Shown piece by piece: positions 8,966 through 17,684 of a DNA stretch of 64,000 bases; within the stretch, counting starts at the first letter, position 1; every line of letters starts with the position of its first letter. The DNA is from Spirochaetota bacterium (GTDB lineage: Bacteria; Spirochaetota; UBA4802; UBA5550). The position numbers were made by a program, and so were the translations under genes. Where the stretch lies: assembly GCA_036745755.1 (NCBI GenBank), contig DAIOFM010000003.1, forward strand, positions 42,562 to 106,561, read 5' to 3'. The notes beneath the pieces were generated by a model. It was not told where the DNA came from. It made no database searches and saw nothing but the letters and a program-made list of their open reading frames with translations.

Positions 8966-9166
8966 TTTTGTCATTCCGGTTTTGCAACTTCAATTAGTGG
9001 AGCAAACACTATGTTTGCCTGCCGGCATAGAATAGGATGTTCTAATAAAGCCGGCCAAATACCGGAATCTCCTGATTGAATTAGTTGTATGAGATACAGG
9101 CATTTTACCCCGAGAGTACTTCTTCGCTACACTCAGGGTGCGCACGCTACAGCCGGTATGACGAAG
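8966..9166. repeat. MITE-like TIR-bounded repeat, copy A (with nested insertion)
   Basis: Shares two identical blocks with copy B: GTCATTCCGGTTTTG (8970-8984 = 59490-59504) and CAAATACCGGAATCTC (9056-9071 = 59512-59527). Its termini are inverted copies of ~YTTYGTCATTCCSG (left 8966-8979, right 9153-9166). The rc of the right end, CTTCGTCATACCGG, matches the left end of copy B, CTTCGTCATTCCGG, at 13 of 14 positions. Confidence 0.55.
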
Positions 9167-9220
9167 AAATTACTTTTGGGACACCCTCCTTAATACAACA
9201 ACAGTAATCGGAGGAGTTCA

Positions 9221-10084
9221 GTGAAAAAAGCTAAAATTGCGTTCATAGGTGGTTCCGGGCTTTACGATATTGAGGGCGCGAAGCTCATCGAACAGGTTGA
9301 CATAGACACACCATGGGGCAAACCATCTGACAAAATAGACATAGTTGATATCGACGGCACAACAGTGGCTTTTCTTCCCAGGCATGGCAGGGGACATGTA
9401 CATGCACCGCACCAGCTCAATTTCAGGGCGAACATAGCTGCTCTGAAGATGATCGGAGCGGAGGAGATTATCGCCTTCTCTGCGGTGGGAAGCCTAAAGG
9501 AGGAAATCCCTCCAATGGACTTTGTTCTCCCGAACCAGATTATAGACAGGACAAAGGGGATCAGGCCCTCCACATTCTTTGAAGACGGAGTTGTCGGCCA
9601 TGTCGGATTTGGCGATCCCTTCTGCAACAGACTGCATGATATAATACTCCCTGTGGCAAAAGAACTTGGGCTGAAGATGCACACAGATGAAACACTTATA
9701 TGCATGGAAGGCCCGGCTTTCTCCACAAGAGCTGAAAGCAATCTTTACAGATCGTGGGGGGCAGGAGTGATCAATATGAGCACCATACCTGAATCAAAAC
9801 TCGCCCGGGAAGCTGAAATATGTTATGCAGTCATCTGCATGAGCACAGACTATGACTGCTGGCATGAAAGCGAAGAGGATGTAACAGTTGAGATGGTTGT
9901 CAATAACATGAACACCAACTCCGCGAATGCGAAAAAACTTGTTAAAGCCCTTGCAAAAAAACTTGATAACGGCCGCAACTGCGGGTGCCATGAGGCTGCA
10001 AAATTTGCAGTAATCACAGCACCTGAAAAAAGAAATGCTGAAACAGTGAAGAAACTCAAGGCAATACTGCCCGATTATTTTTAG
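9221..10084 (+). CDS. mtnP: S-methyl-5'-thioadenosine phosphorylase
   Basis: GTG start with a GGAGG RBS (9210-9214). Blocks typical of MTAP/PNP-family phosphorylases: 'IGGSGLYD', 'FLPRHGRGH', 'NMSTIPESKLAREAEICYA', 'TDYDCW'. Confidence 0.9.
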   Translation: MKKAKIAFIGGSGLYDIEGAKLIEQVDIDTPWGKPSDKIDIVDIDGTTVAFLPRHGRGHVHAPHQLNFRANIAALKMIGAEEIIAFSAVGSLKEEIPPMDFVLPNQIIDRTKGIRPSTFFEDGVVGHVGFGDPFCNRLHDIILPVAKELGLKMHTDETLICMEGPAFSTRAESNLYRSWGAGVINMSTIPESKLAREAEICYAVICMSTDYDCWHESEEDVTVEMVVNNMNTNSANAKKLVKALAKKLDNGRNCGCHEAAKFAVITAPEKRNAETVKKLKAILPDYF

Positions 10085-10094
10085 TAATCATTAA

Positions 10095-10131
10095 AAATAC
10101 AAGAGCCGCGAAATTCGCGGCTCTTGTATTT
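10095..10131. terminator. bidirectional Rho-independent terminator
   Basis: Perfect 16-bp stem AAATACAAGAGCCGCG (10095-10110) / CGCGGCTCTTGTATTT (10116-10131) with a 5-nt loop and A/T-rich stem bases. It sits between the convergent mtnP (stop 10084) and OMP gene (stop 10155). Confidence 0.8.
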
Positions 10132-10154
10132 AACAAGATATTAGGTTATTCCCA

Positions 10155-11402
10155 TCAATAAAACATCGACAGGCCTGTTACAAAATCAACGGTATGTGAT
10201 TCAGGTCTCACCTTCATGGATATGGCGGGGCTCTCCTGTTCAAGAACTCCCTTAACAAGATGATAATTAACACCGAACATAATACTCAAATCATAACTCA
10301 ACTTTATATCAGCCCCTGCTGTTGCCTGGTATACAGTGAAATCCATGTGTGCTTCTGCTGTGTCGAATTCATCTTCTGATTCAGATTTATATTTTAGAAC
10401 ACTTCCTCCCGCACCAAGAGTGGTTCTTCTGCCAAGCTTATAAGTGACTCCGCCTTTTAACTGAAAAGCGTAATCAAGAGTCACATCGGTTGACACTTCA
10501 TCAAGAGTGTAAATCTCTTCATTGCAGCGCTTCTCTTCATGTGTGTATGGCACCCCGGCAACAGCTTCAAAAGCAAAGGATAAATTATATGAAGGCTTAA
10601 TATTAATTCCCGTTACAACACCCGCCCCCTCATCATTTATAAAATGAGTTGAAATCGATTCGTCATTTTTAACGCCATTAAATTTATCATCATACCTGTA
10701 TTCAATATTTTCAAAACCGTATCTGCCGCTTTTTATTCCAGCACCAAATTCCAGAAGTCCCCCGGTATAAAAAAAACCAGCAATTACACCTGATGTTACA
10801 CTCATCTGATCCGAATCAACAACTGTATGTTCAACAAGAGCTCCTCCAGTATAAGATTTCGAATCAGTTTCCTTTATAATCTCAGAGCCCTGAGTCTCTA
10901 TTTGAAGACCAACGGAACTCCTGTTGCCCAGCCTGTATGAATAAGAAAGCAGAAAAGATGCGCTGAAAACTTTCGTCTCCTCATCTGATATATATTCTGT
11001 TAATAAAGCCTGATTCTCAAGAGTGATTTTATTGCTGCTCAATACAATCTGTCCATCCCCCCCTTTTGTAATACCAATACCCCAGGAATGTTTCCCCGTA
11101 TGATAAACCGAAGAGAGGATGAAAGCGCCGTTATATTTCTCGTCGGTTTTATTTGAGGCATCAAAAACAACTCCACCTGATTCAGCATCAATATCGGAAT
11201 CTGAATCTACAAGATATGAATATATGTAACCTATAGAGATATCATCCCTTGTCCTGAACGACATCAGTGCCGGACTACGCAGAGCGTTAAATCCGCTGTG
11301 AGGATCAACACTTGACATATTGCCTGAAAATACACTCTCCGCATGCAGCGCAATTCCTGCGGCCAGAAATAAAATTATAATAAAAAATATCTTTTTATTC
11401 AT
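10155..11402 (-). CDS. outer-membrane beta-barrel protein (hypothetical)
   Basis: Start moved to ATG 11402 (MNKKIFFIIILFLAAGIALHA..., a clear signal peptide). Alternating hydrophobic beta-strand pattern throughout. The C-terminus '...GLSMFY' ends in an aromatic residue, as in OMPs. Confidence 0.7.
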   Translation of the reverse strand: MNKKIFFIIILFLAAGIALHAESVFSGNMSSVDPHSGFNALRSPALMSFRTRDDISIGYIYSYLVDSDSDIDAESGGVVFDASNKTDEKYNGAFILSSVYHTGKHSWGIGITKGGDGQIVLSSNKITLENQALLTEYISDEETKVFSASFLLSYSYRLGNRSSVGLQIETQGSEIIKETDSKSYTGGALVEHTVVDSDQMSVTSGVIAGFFYTGGLLEFGAGIKSGRYGFENIEYRYDDKFNGVKNDESISTHFINDEGAGVVTGINIKPSYNLSFAFEAVAGVPYTHEEKRCNEEIYTLDEVSTDVTLDYAFQLKGGVTYKLGRRTTLGAGGSVLKYKSESEDEFDTAEAHMDFTVYQATAGADIKLSYDLSIMFGVNYHLVKGVLEQESPAISMKVRPESHTVDFVTGLSMFY

Positions 11403-11896
11403 AACGGTTAACATTTTCTCGCAAATAAAATACATGATTAAACATTGCTCTTTAAAATTTAAAAGCAAAAAATAACTTCAAGACTCAGTTTTTAAACGGC
11501 AGGAACAGGCTGTATATAAATTACTTAAAATAATAAATAACTCCCTCATTTAATTTTAACTTTTAATATCTTATTAATAAATAAATGATAATAAAAATTT
11601 TAAAATTATTTAAGAAAATAATGCTATTGCCAAAGAAATATTTTAAAAAATTGTATCAAGCCACTTCAAATTTACCCTAATTTGTTAATAAAATGAACAT
11701 TCATTTGTTAAATGTTTCATTATGGTTAATTTTAATCAATTTTTTTAAAATTTCTTTTTATTAGATTTGACAATTTTGAGGGATGGAAATCTTCTTGTCA
11801 TTAGTTAATAGCATTATTATATGATAGACATGAGTGAAAAGTGGTTAATAAAATTACACTTTATACAAAATTTTTAAAAAAAATTTACAAAAGCTA

Positions 11897-11926
11897 TTGA
11901 CTAGACTGGTATTTAATACTTATGTT
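11897..11926 (+). promoter_or_regulatory. candidate sigma70 promoter (TTGACT-18-TATGTT) with no ORF downstream
   Basis: TTGACT at 11897-11902 and TATGTT at 11921-11926. The segment between it and the terminator at 12016-12042 contains no ATG. Confidence 0.3.
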
Positions 11927-11932
11927 AAGTAC

Positions 11933-12042
11933 AACACACACCTTATACGGAAATAGTTTACTATTTTTGTATAACTCAATCAAATCCTCATAAAAAAGAA
12001 CCGGCAAACTTTAAGCAGCCCACCCCGGGCTGTATTTTTTTT
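11933..12042 (+). ncRNA. candidate small RNA (promoter-to-terminator unit, ~110 nt)
   Basis: Defined only by the promoter-like hexamers at 11897-11926 and the intrinsic terminator at 12016-12042. It has no start codon and contains an internal TTATAC/GTATAA stem. No family recognised. Confidence 0.2.
12016..12042 (+). terminator. orphan Rho-independent terminator
   Basis: CAGCCC (12016-12021) / GGGCTG (12027-12032), loop ACCCC, followed by TATTTTTTTT (12033-12042). The T-tract is on the plus strand only. No plus-strand ORF lies upstream: the neighbouring gene is divergent. Confidence 0.6.
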
Positions 12043-12136
12043 CTCTAATGACAGCAATCAATAGATTGACATCTTTATTGTTCTAATCCTTATTAGTATT
12101 ATATATATATAGTTTCTAATATGTCAGAGGCAAGCC

Positions 12137-13708
12137 ATGAAACAAAACTATAACGCCAGAGAAACACTTCTCATAAAAACCTCCTTTTCATACATGGTAT
12201 CTTTTTTTATTACCATGACTGTTGGAGTTTCCTTCCTGTTTATCAGTAAAGTAGCAATTACCGAGACTATCGCACCTATAACTATCACACTGATATGCTG
12301 CAGTTTATCTTTTATTTCTTACAGACTTATTAAAAATAAAAAAGATGCAACAATCACGATCTGGATTACAACTCTTCTTTCAGTCGCTATACCTCTCGTC
12401 GCTAAGTTCAAATACGCGGCGTCCCTGGGATGGACCTTTGCGCTTTCATCATATAATTCATCGGCTCTTCTGGTTATAATGGTCTTCCTCAGCTCCCTCT
12501 ACCTTCGTGAAAAGCTTTTGCTGACAATAACAACTATATCAACAGTTATATGGTCCCTTTTTATTTATCTCGCTGTCATAAACGGTGCTGATTACTCTTT
12601 TGACGCTTTTAAAAACGGTGAAATTTTCCATGGCGTTGTCATGACAAGGGAAATATTCTTTGTTGCCACAGGTGTTCTAATACCGGCAATTTCATACCGC
12701 TGGGTAATGATAGTAAACCAGTTTGTAAATAAAACAATGGTTCAGAACAAAGAAATTCAGACGCGGATAGACCAGATGCAGGAGATGAACGGAGTAATTA
12801 AAGACGAAGTAACAACTCTTTTCAGCGAAGTGGAATCCCAGAATGATCTTATAGTTAAATTTAACGAAAAAATGCAGAGCCAGGCAGCCACCTTTGAAGA
12901 AATATCTGCAACCCTTGAAGAACTGCGGGGCTCATCCGAAAGCATACACAATACCACTATCGAACAGATTGACGGCAACGTCAGGATGGATGAAATAATT
13001 GATGACTTTAAAAACATCAAAACAGAAACAAAGACAAACCTTAACTCAACCTATACAGGCATACAGAACGTTTCCGACAAAACAACTCTTGCAAATGAAA
13101 AACTCACTGACGTTGAGGAAACAATGAATACAATTGCAGCACAGAGCGGGAAAATATCCGATACAGTTTCAATAATCATAGATATTGCGGATAAAATAAA
13201 CCTCCTTTCACTCAATGCAAGCATCGAGGCTGCCAGGGCCGGGGAACACGGCAAAGGCTTTGCTGTTGTTGCGGATGAAATAGGGAAACTGGCGTTTCTA
13301 ACAACTGAAAGTATAAAGGAGATAGAAAAGGTTCTGTCCCTTAATAATTCGGTCACCAAAAAGGGTGTTGATGTTATTAAAGACTCCTCCCTTGTGATAA
13401 AAGAGATGATAGACGAGATGTCAGGAAGTACGGGCAATATAAAAATACTTCAGGACTCCCTTATGGTTGAGGAAAAATATATAAATTCTATAATACGTCA
13501 GATGGAGGAGAATATAAACCTGGCCAAATCGATCTGCACAGGCACCGATGAACAGAAAAATGCCATAGAAAATACCAGCAATGCACTGGAGGACCTGAAT
13601 TTAATCGTAAGCGAAATGGTATCAGAGATAAATGAACTGGCTCAGTCATCTTCCATAATTTTCCAGAGCGCAAAAGACCTGATGAAAAAATCAGAGGAAA
13701 ACGTCTGA
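12137..13708 (+). CDS. methyl-accepting chemotaxis protein with polytopic N-terminal membrane module
   Basis: MCP tip block '[33 protein letters not shown]'. The N-terminal ~190 aa are multi-TM. 523 aa, a paralog of 1759-3330. Confidence 0.9.
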   Translation: MKQNYNARETLLIKTSFSYMVSFFITMTVGVSFLFISKVAITETIAPITITLICCSLSFISYRLIKNKKDATITIWITTLLSVAIPLVAKFKYAASLGWTFALSSYNSSALLVIMVFLSSLYLREKLLLTITTISTVIWSLFIYLAVINGADYSFDAFKNGEIFHGVVMTREIFFVATGVLIPAISYRWVMIVNQFVNKTMVQNKEIQTRIDQMQEMNGVIKDEVTTLFSEVESQNDLIVKFNEKMQSQAATFEEISATLEELRGSSESIHNTTIEQIDGNVRMDEIIDDFKNIKTETKTNLNSTYTGIQNVSDKTTLANEKLTDVEETMNTIAAQSGKISDTVSIIIDIADKINLLSLNASIEAARAGEHGKGFAVVADEIGKLAFLTTESIKEIEKVLSLNNSVTKKGVDVIKDSSLVIKEMIDEMSGSTGNIKILQDSLMVEEKYINSIIRQMEENINLAKSICTGTDEQKNAIENTSNALEDLNLIVSEMVSEINELAQSSSIIFQSAKDLMKKSEENV

Positions 13709-15004
13709 TTATTTTTTTTTGAGAAATCCCAGAAGATCAGTTCTGGTAATAATTCCGACAATCTTCCCGTTATCAACAACAGGAAGATGACCTATGCTGT
13801 TGACAAACATCCGGTTTTCAATTGCCCTCATAGTATCATCGATAGAGCACGTTATAAGTTTTGTTTTCATATGCCCCTTGACAGGGGAATTCATTTGATT
13901 GTTCTTCCGACCCTTCATTATATCCCGTAATGTAAGCATCCCGGCTATTTCTCCCTCTGCGTTAACAACAGGGGCGCCTGAAAGCTCTGTCTCTTCAAGA
14001 AACTCAGACGCATCCCTGAGAGTCCAGTTTTCACTTATCGTAACAAGCTCTCTTGACATTATATCGCCCGCGGTTACCGCGTGCTCAAGATGCGATGTGA
14101 GGTGTTCCAGAAATTTTCTGAAAACCTCCTTCCCCTCCTCCTTCTTGACCAGAGCTGAGGCGGCCTTGGGATGCCCCCCTCCTCCGAAAGGCCTCATAAT
14201 ATCAAGCAGGTCTATGTTGTTCTTCTGGCTTCTTGCAATAATAATAGTACTTCCGGGTTTATTAAAATGGAATATACCGAATATCGCATCGGGATTCTCG
14301 ATATTGAAGATCTCCTCAACAACGGCCGCAAGCCCGGCAGCCTGTTTTTCCATGGCCAGATAACTGAATACAATCTGATGCCCCTTAATGTCCTGCCATA
14401 CCAGGGTATTCATAATATCATGGAAGAGTGAAAGCTGATAATCCTCACGCAGCGATTTTAAAAAATTATTCACAAGCTTGATGTCCGCCATCTGCTTCAG
14501 CAGGTATGAAGCCACACGAAAATCATCCCCTGTGACATTATCATGGGTAAAGTTCCCTGTGTCCGCGTATATGCCTGTCAATGCTATTGTTGCATCCTTG
14601 GGAGAGATCGACACCCTCCTTTTAATAAGCTCAAGGCCAATCATCGTTGTATTGGACCCGTAGTCGCCCTCATGCACCACCGCATTTTTAAATTCGCATG
14701 AATCCTCTGAATGATGATCATATATGATAACGGATGTGCTGCTGCTGTCAAAAAGTTCAAAGTACTCTTTAACTCTCGACGCGGACCTGGTGTCAACTAT
14801 AACCGCATCCGTAACAGTCTCCCCTTTAATCTCATCCGGAGTCGCGAAATCAAGATGATAGTGATACAGGTTGTAGAGATTCTTGGCAGAGGGATGAATA
14901 AGCCTGCTCATTACAGGCGTATAATCGGGATAAAGGTATTTCACCAGCACAATAGAACCTATGCAGTCCAGATCCATGTTTGTATGGCCCACAATAATTT
15001 TCAT
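13709..15004 (-). CDS. DHH/DHHA1 phosphoesterase with C-terminal CBS pair
   Basis: DHH motifs 'HTNMDLDCIGS', 'VIVDT', 'IIYDHH', 'IYADTGNF'. DHHA1 motif 'GGGGHPKAASA'. The C-terminal ~120 aa have the two-CBS pattern ('IMSRELVTIS...APVVN', 'LITCSIDD...HLPVVDNGKIVGIITRTDL'). Confidence 0.85.
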   Translation of the reverse strand: MKIIVGHTNMDLDCIGSIVLVKYLYPDYTPVMSRLIHPSAKNLYNLYHYHLDFATPDEIKGETVTDAVIVDTRSASRVKEYFELFDSSSTSVIIYDHHSEDSCEFKNAVVHEGDYGSNTTMIGLELIKRRVSISPKDATIALTGIYADTGNFTHDNVTGDDFRVASYLLKQMADIKLVNNFLKSLREDYQLSLFHDIMNTLVWQDIKGHQIVFSYLAMEKQAAGLAAVVEEIFNIENPDAIFGIFHFNKPGSTIIIARSQKNNIDLLDIMRPFGGGGHPKAASALVKKEEGKEVFRKFLEHLTSHLEHAVTAGDIMSRELVTISENWTLRDASEFLEETELSGAPVVNAEGEIAGMLTLRDIMKGRKNNQMNSPVKGHMKTKLITCSIDDTMRAIENRMFVNSIGHLPVVDNGKIVGIITRTDLLGFLKKK

Positions 15005-15136
15005 AAAATATTACCGCCTGATAAATAGTGAATATTTTATTATTAAGCCAGGCAGTAAAATCCATCAACTTTTTTTTTAGATAAGATTATCTTGATATTT
15101 TAAATTCAAAATAGAGGGAAAAAAACGACGTGAAGT

Positions 15137-15478
15137 TTAATACAGCACACATTCATGTGAAAATAACCTGAGTTCCTCTTCAGTGAGGATTTTGAAAAAG
15201 GGAAGTATGCCTGTTATTGAAAAAAGCCTTTTCAGGGAATCCGACATCCCGGTAAGAACAAGATTTACACAGTAAATTTTTGTTTTCTTTTGAATTTTAA
15301 CAAGGAAACCGATACCTGCTGAATCAATTGATGACAGCTCTGAAAAATCAATTATAACCATAGCGGGATAATGCTTCAGCCCTGACTCAAAACATTGCCA
15401 TGCATGTTCTATTTCATTTACAGTGAGGCTTTCACCGGTTTTTATAGTTATGTTGCTGTTTTTCAGAAAATAATACAT
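15137..15478 (-). CDS. STAS-domain anti-sigma-factor antagonist (SpoIIAA/RsbV-like)
   Basis: 113 aa. 'VIIDFSELSSIDSAGIGFLV' matches the STAS phosphorylation loop (DSxG). Confidence 0.8.
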   Translation of the reverse strand: MYYFLKNSNITIKTGESLTVNEIEHAWQCFESGLKHYPAMVIIDFSELSSIDSAGIGFLVKIQKKTKIYCVNLVLTGMSDSLKRLFSITGILPFFKILTEEELRLFSHECVLY

Positions 15479-15666
15479 AAATATTGTTATTCCCCATTAT
15501 TCTATCGGCATAAAAACAGGAAATCTTTAAAAAAATTTTCTCCGGTACTTTTTTTGTTAAATTAAAAATATGCTTTCCCTTTCAACCGCAGCCTGTTAAA
15601 ATTGCTCTTATAGAAGAATGTGCGGCGGGCATACACAGGGCATAATCGAGACATGGAGAAGCTGAA

Positions 15667-16560
15667 TTGAAAAATGGTAAAGCGCTTATACTGATAGTTG
15701 AAGACAATCCCATTAACAGCACTCTCTGCAGAAGCCTCCTCAATAAAAACGGATACGCAACCGAGGTATGCAATGACGGTGAATCCGCCCTTGTCTTTCT
15801 ATCGACAAATTCACCCGATCTTATTCTTCTTGATATTATCATGCCCGGGATTGACGGTTTTGAATTCTGCGAATCACTGAAAATTCATCCAAGGCATAAA
15901 GATACGCCTGTTATTTTTTTAAGCGCCATGGATGACGAGGCAAGTATAATCAAAGGTTTCAACAGCGGCGGAGTAGACTACATAACAAAACCCTTCAGAA
16001 CACAGGAACTGCTGGCGAGAACAAAAACTCACGTTGAACTCAAACGGGCCAAAGAAAAGCTCATAAAAATGGCCACTACTGATGAACTTACACGTCTCGC
16101 CAACAGAAGATATTTCATGGAAAGATTTAACAGTGAATTTGACAGGGTCAAAAGATACGAATCAAAATTTTCCCTTCTCATGATTGATATAGACCATTTC
16201 AAAAATATTAATGATACTTTCGGACATAAGGCAGGAGATAAAGCGCTGCAGGAAGCAGCTACTATAATGAAAAAATCTCTCAGGAGTTCAGACATTATCG
16301 GACGGGTCGGGGGGGAGGAATTTTCTGTCCTTCTCCCTGAAACAGATATTAATTCAGCACTGTATATAGCGGAAAGGCTGAGAAATAAGGTCGAAAAATC
16401 AACAATTGATCATGAAGATGTCAAAATATCAATAACCATAAGCATAGGCACAACCCAGTCTGATGCAGGAGATCATTCCGTGGATGACATAATAATCAGG
16501 GCCGATAAAGCAATGTATAACGCAAAAAATGAAGGGAGAAATAAAATCAGCTCTCTTTAG
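15667..16560 (+). CDS. response regulator receiver - GGDEF diguanylate cyclase
   Basis: TTG start with a GGAGA RBS (15654-15658). REC blocks 'ILIVEDNP', 'DLILLDIIMPGIDG', 'ITKP'. Active-site 'GGEEF' with an RxxD I-site ('RSSD') 5 residues upstream. Confidence 0.9.
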   Translation: MKNGKALILIVEDNPINSTLCRSLLNKNGYATEVCNDGESALVFLSTNSPDLILLDIIMPGIDGFEFCESLKIHPRHKDTPVIFLSAMDDEASIIKGFNSGGVDYITKPFRTQELLARTKTHVELKRAKEKLIKMATTDELTRLANRRYFMERFNSEFDRVKRYESKFSLLMIDIDHFKNINDTFGHKAGDKALQEAATIMKKSLRSSDIIGRVGGEEFSVLLPETDINSALYIAERLRNKVEKSTIDHEDVKISITISIGTTQSDAGDHSVDDIIIRADKAMYNAKNEGRNKISSL

Positions 16561-17467
16561 TTTCCATTGCTTCCCGCCTCCCTGTAAAACCAGATACTGT
16601 ATAAAGAACAAGAGCCGTCCAGATAAAGGCAAAACTTACGGCATGAACATGAGTAAAAGGCTCGCCATAAATAAGCACCCCGATAACAAGAGAAAGCGTG
16701 GGCGCTATATACTGAAGAAACCCCACCCTTGATAAAGGGATTAATTTCGCACCACTTGAAAACAGGTAGAGAGGCAGAGCTGAAACTATACCTGAGCCAG
16801 CGAGAATCAAATCAGTAGAAAAAGAGATACTGCCGAAAGCACCTGTACCGCGGGATTTCATATAAAGAAGTACCGGTAAAGCGACCATTGTTAAAAGCAT
16901 CGTTTCAATAGTCAAAGATGTAACTGAGTCAAGGTTTCCGATCTTTTTAAAAAGGCCATAAAGACCGAAACTGAACGCAAGGGTTATTGCTATCCAGGGG
17001 ACACTCCCGAGGCTGAAGGTATTGTAGGAAACACCGCATATAGCGAGAACAAGGGCTACAGTCTGAAGACGGGTAAGCCGCTCCCTGAGAAAGACCATCC
17101 CCAGGAAAACAGATACAAGGGGGTTAATATAATAGCCGAGGCTTGCTTCCACTATCCTGTCCGTATTAATCGCATATACATAGGTAAGCCAGTTCAGGGC
17201 AATCAGGGCGGATGTCAGATACACAAGAAGCCTCAACTTCCTGTTCGCAAGAATATTTCTGAACAGACTCCCCCTCCCCGCAAGGAACAGAAAAGATGCG
17301 GACACAAGGAAACTCCACATGACCCTGTGACAGATGATCTCCTCTGCAGGAACAGCTTTAAGCTGTTTCCAGTATCCGGGAAGAAGACCCCACATTACAA
17401 AAGCGAGAAAAGTAAAAACAGTTCCCTTCATGCTCAGGGCCGGATCATTTATAATTTTAAAGTTCAA
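16547..17467 (-). CDS. rarD: EamA/RarD family transporter
   Basis: Ten-TM EamA pattern with RarD-typical blocks 'EEIICHRVMWS', 'LNWLTYVYAIN', 'ASLGYYINPLVSVFLG'. The start is uncertain (17467 or the in-frame ATG at 17431). The 3' end overlaps the convergent GGDEF gene by 14 nt. Confidence 0.8.
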   Translation of the reverse strand: MNFKIINDPALSMKGTVFTFLAFVMWGLLPGYWKQLKAVPAEEIICHRVMWSFLVSASFLFLAGRGSLFRNILANRKLRLLVYLTSALIALNWLTYVYAINTDRIVEASLGYYINPLVSVFLGMVFLRERLTRLQTVALVLAICGVSYNTFSLGSVPWIAITLAFSFGLYGLFKKIGNLDSVTSLTIETMLLTMVALPVLLYMKSRGTGAFGSISFSTDLILAGSGIVSALPLYLFSSGAKLIPLSRVGFLQYIAPTLSLVIGVLIYGEPFTHVHAVSFAFIWTALVLYTVSGFTGRREAMETKES

Positions 17468-17684
17468 AAATATATCCAGTAATATCCATTGAAATAATTA
17501 ACATAGGCTGATTTTAAGCATTAGCCGTCAATCCTGAAAATGCATTGACCTGATAAAAATTTTAATTTTAAGAAAAAATACTCTCTGCAGGATGAGAAAA
17601 AATTAGTGACTTAGAGGGTTAAGAATTATATTTAGTTTTATACTTTACGTTTATTGTCCCGTTTCCAGGTATTAAATTTAATAT

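Noticed and set aside
9070-9220. Possible SAM/MTA-related riboswitch in the mtnP leader
   Set aside because: No SAM-I/II-like conserved core is recognisable. The structured part of the leader is explained by the TIR-bounded repeat, which recurs upstream of an unrelated TetR gene.
11469-12136. AT-rich gap examined for a CRISPR array, tandem repeats or a degraded gene
   Set aside because: No regularly spaced direct repeats of 24 nt or more, no repeat-spacer periodicity, and no frame with coding-like composition. There are only low-complexity A/T tracts and short palindromes.
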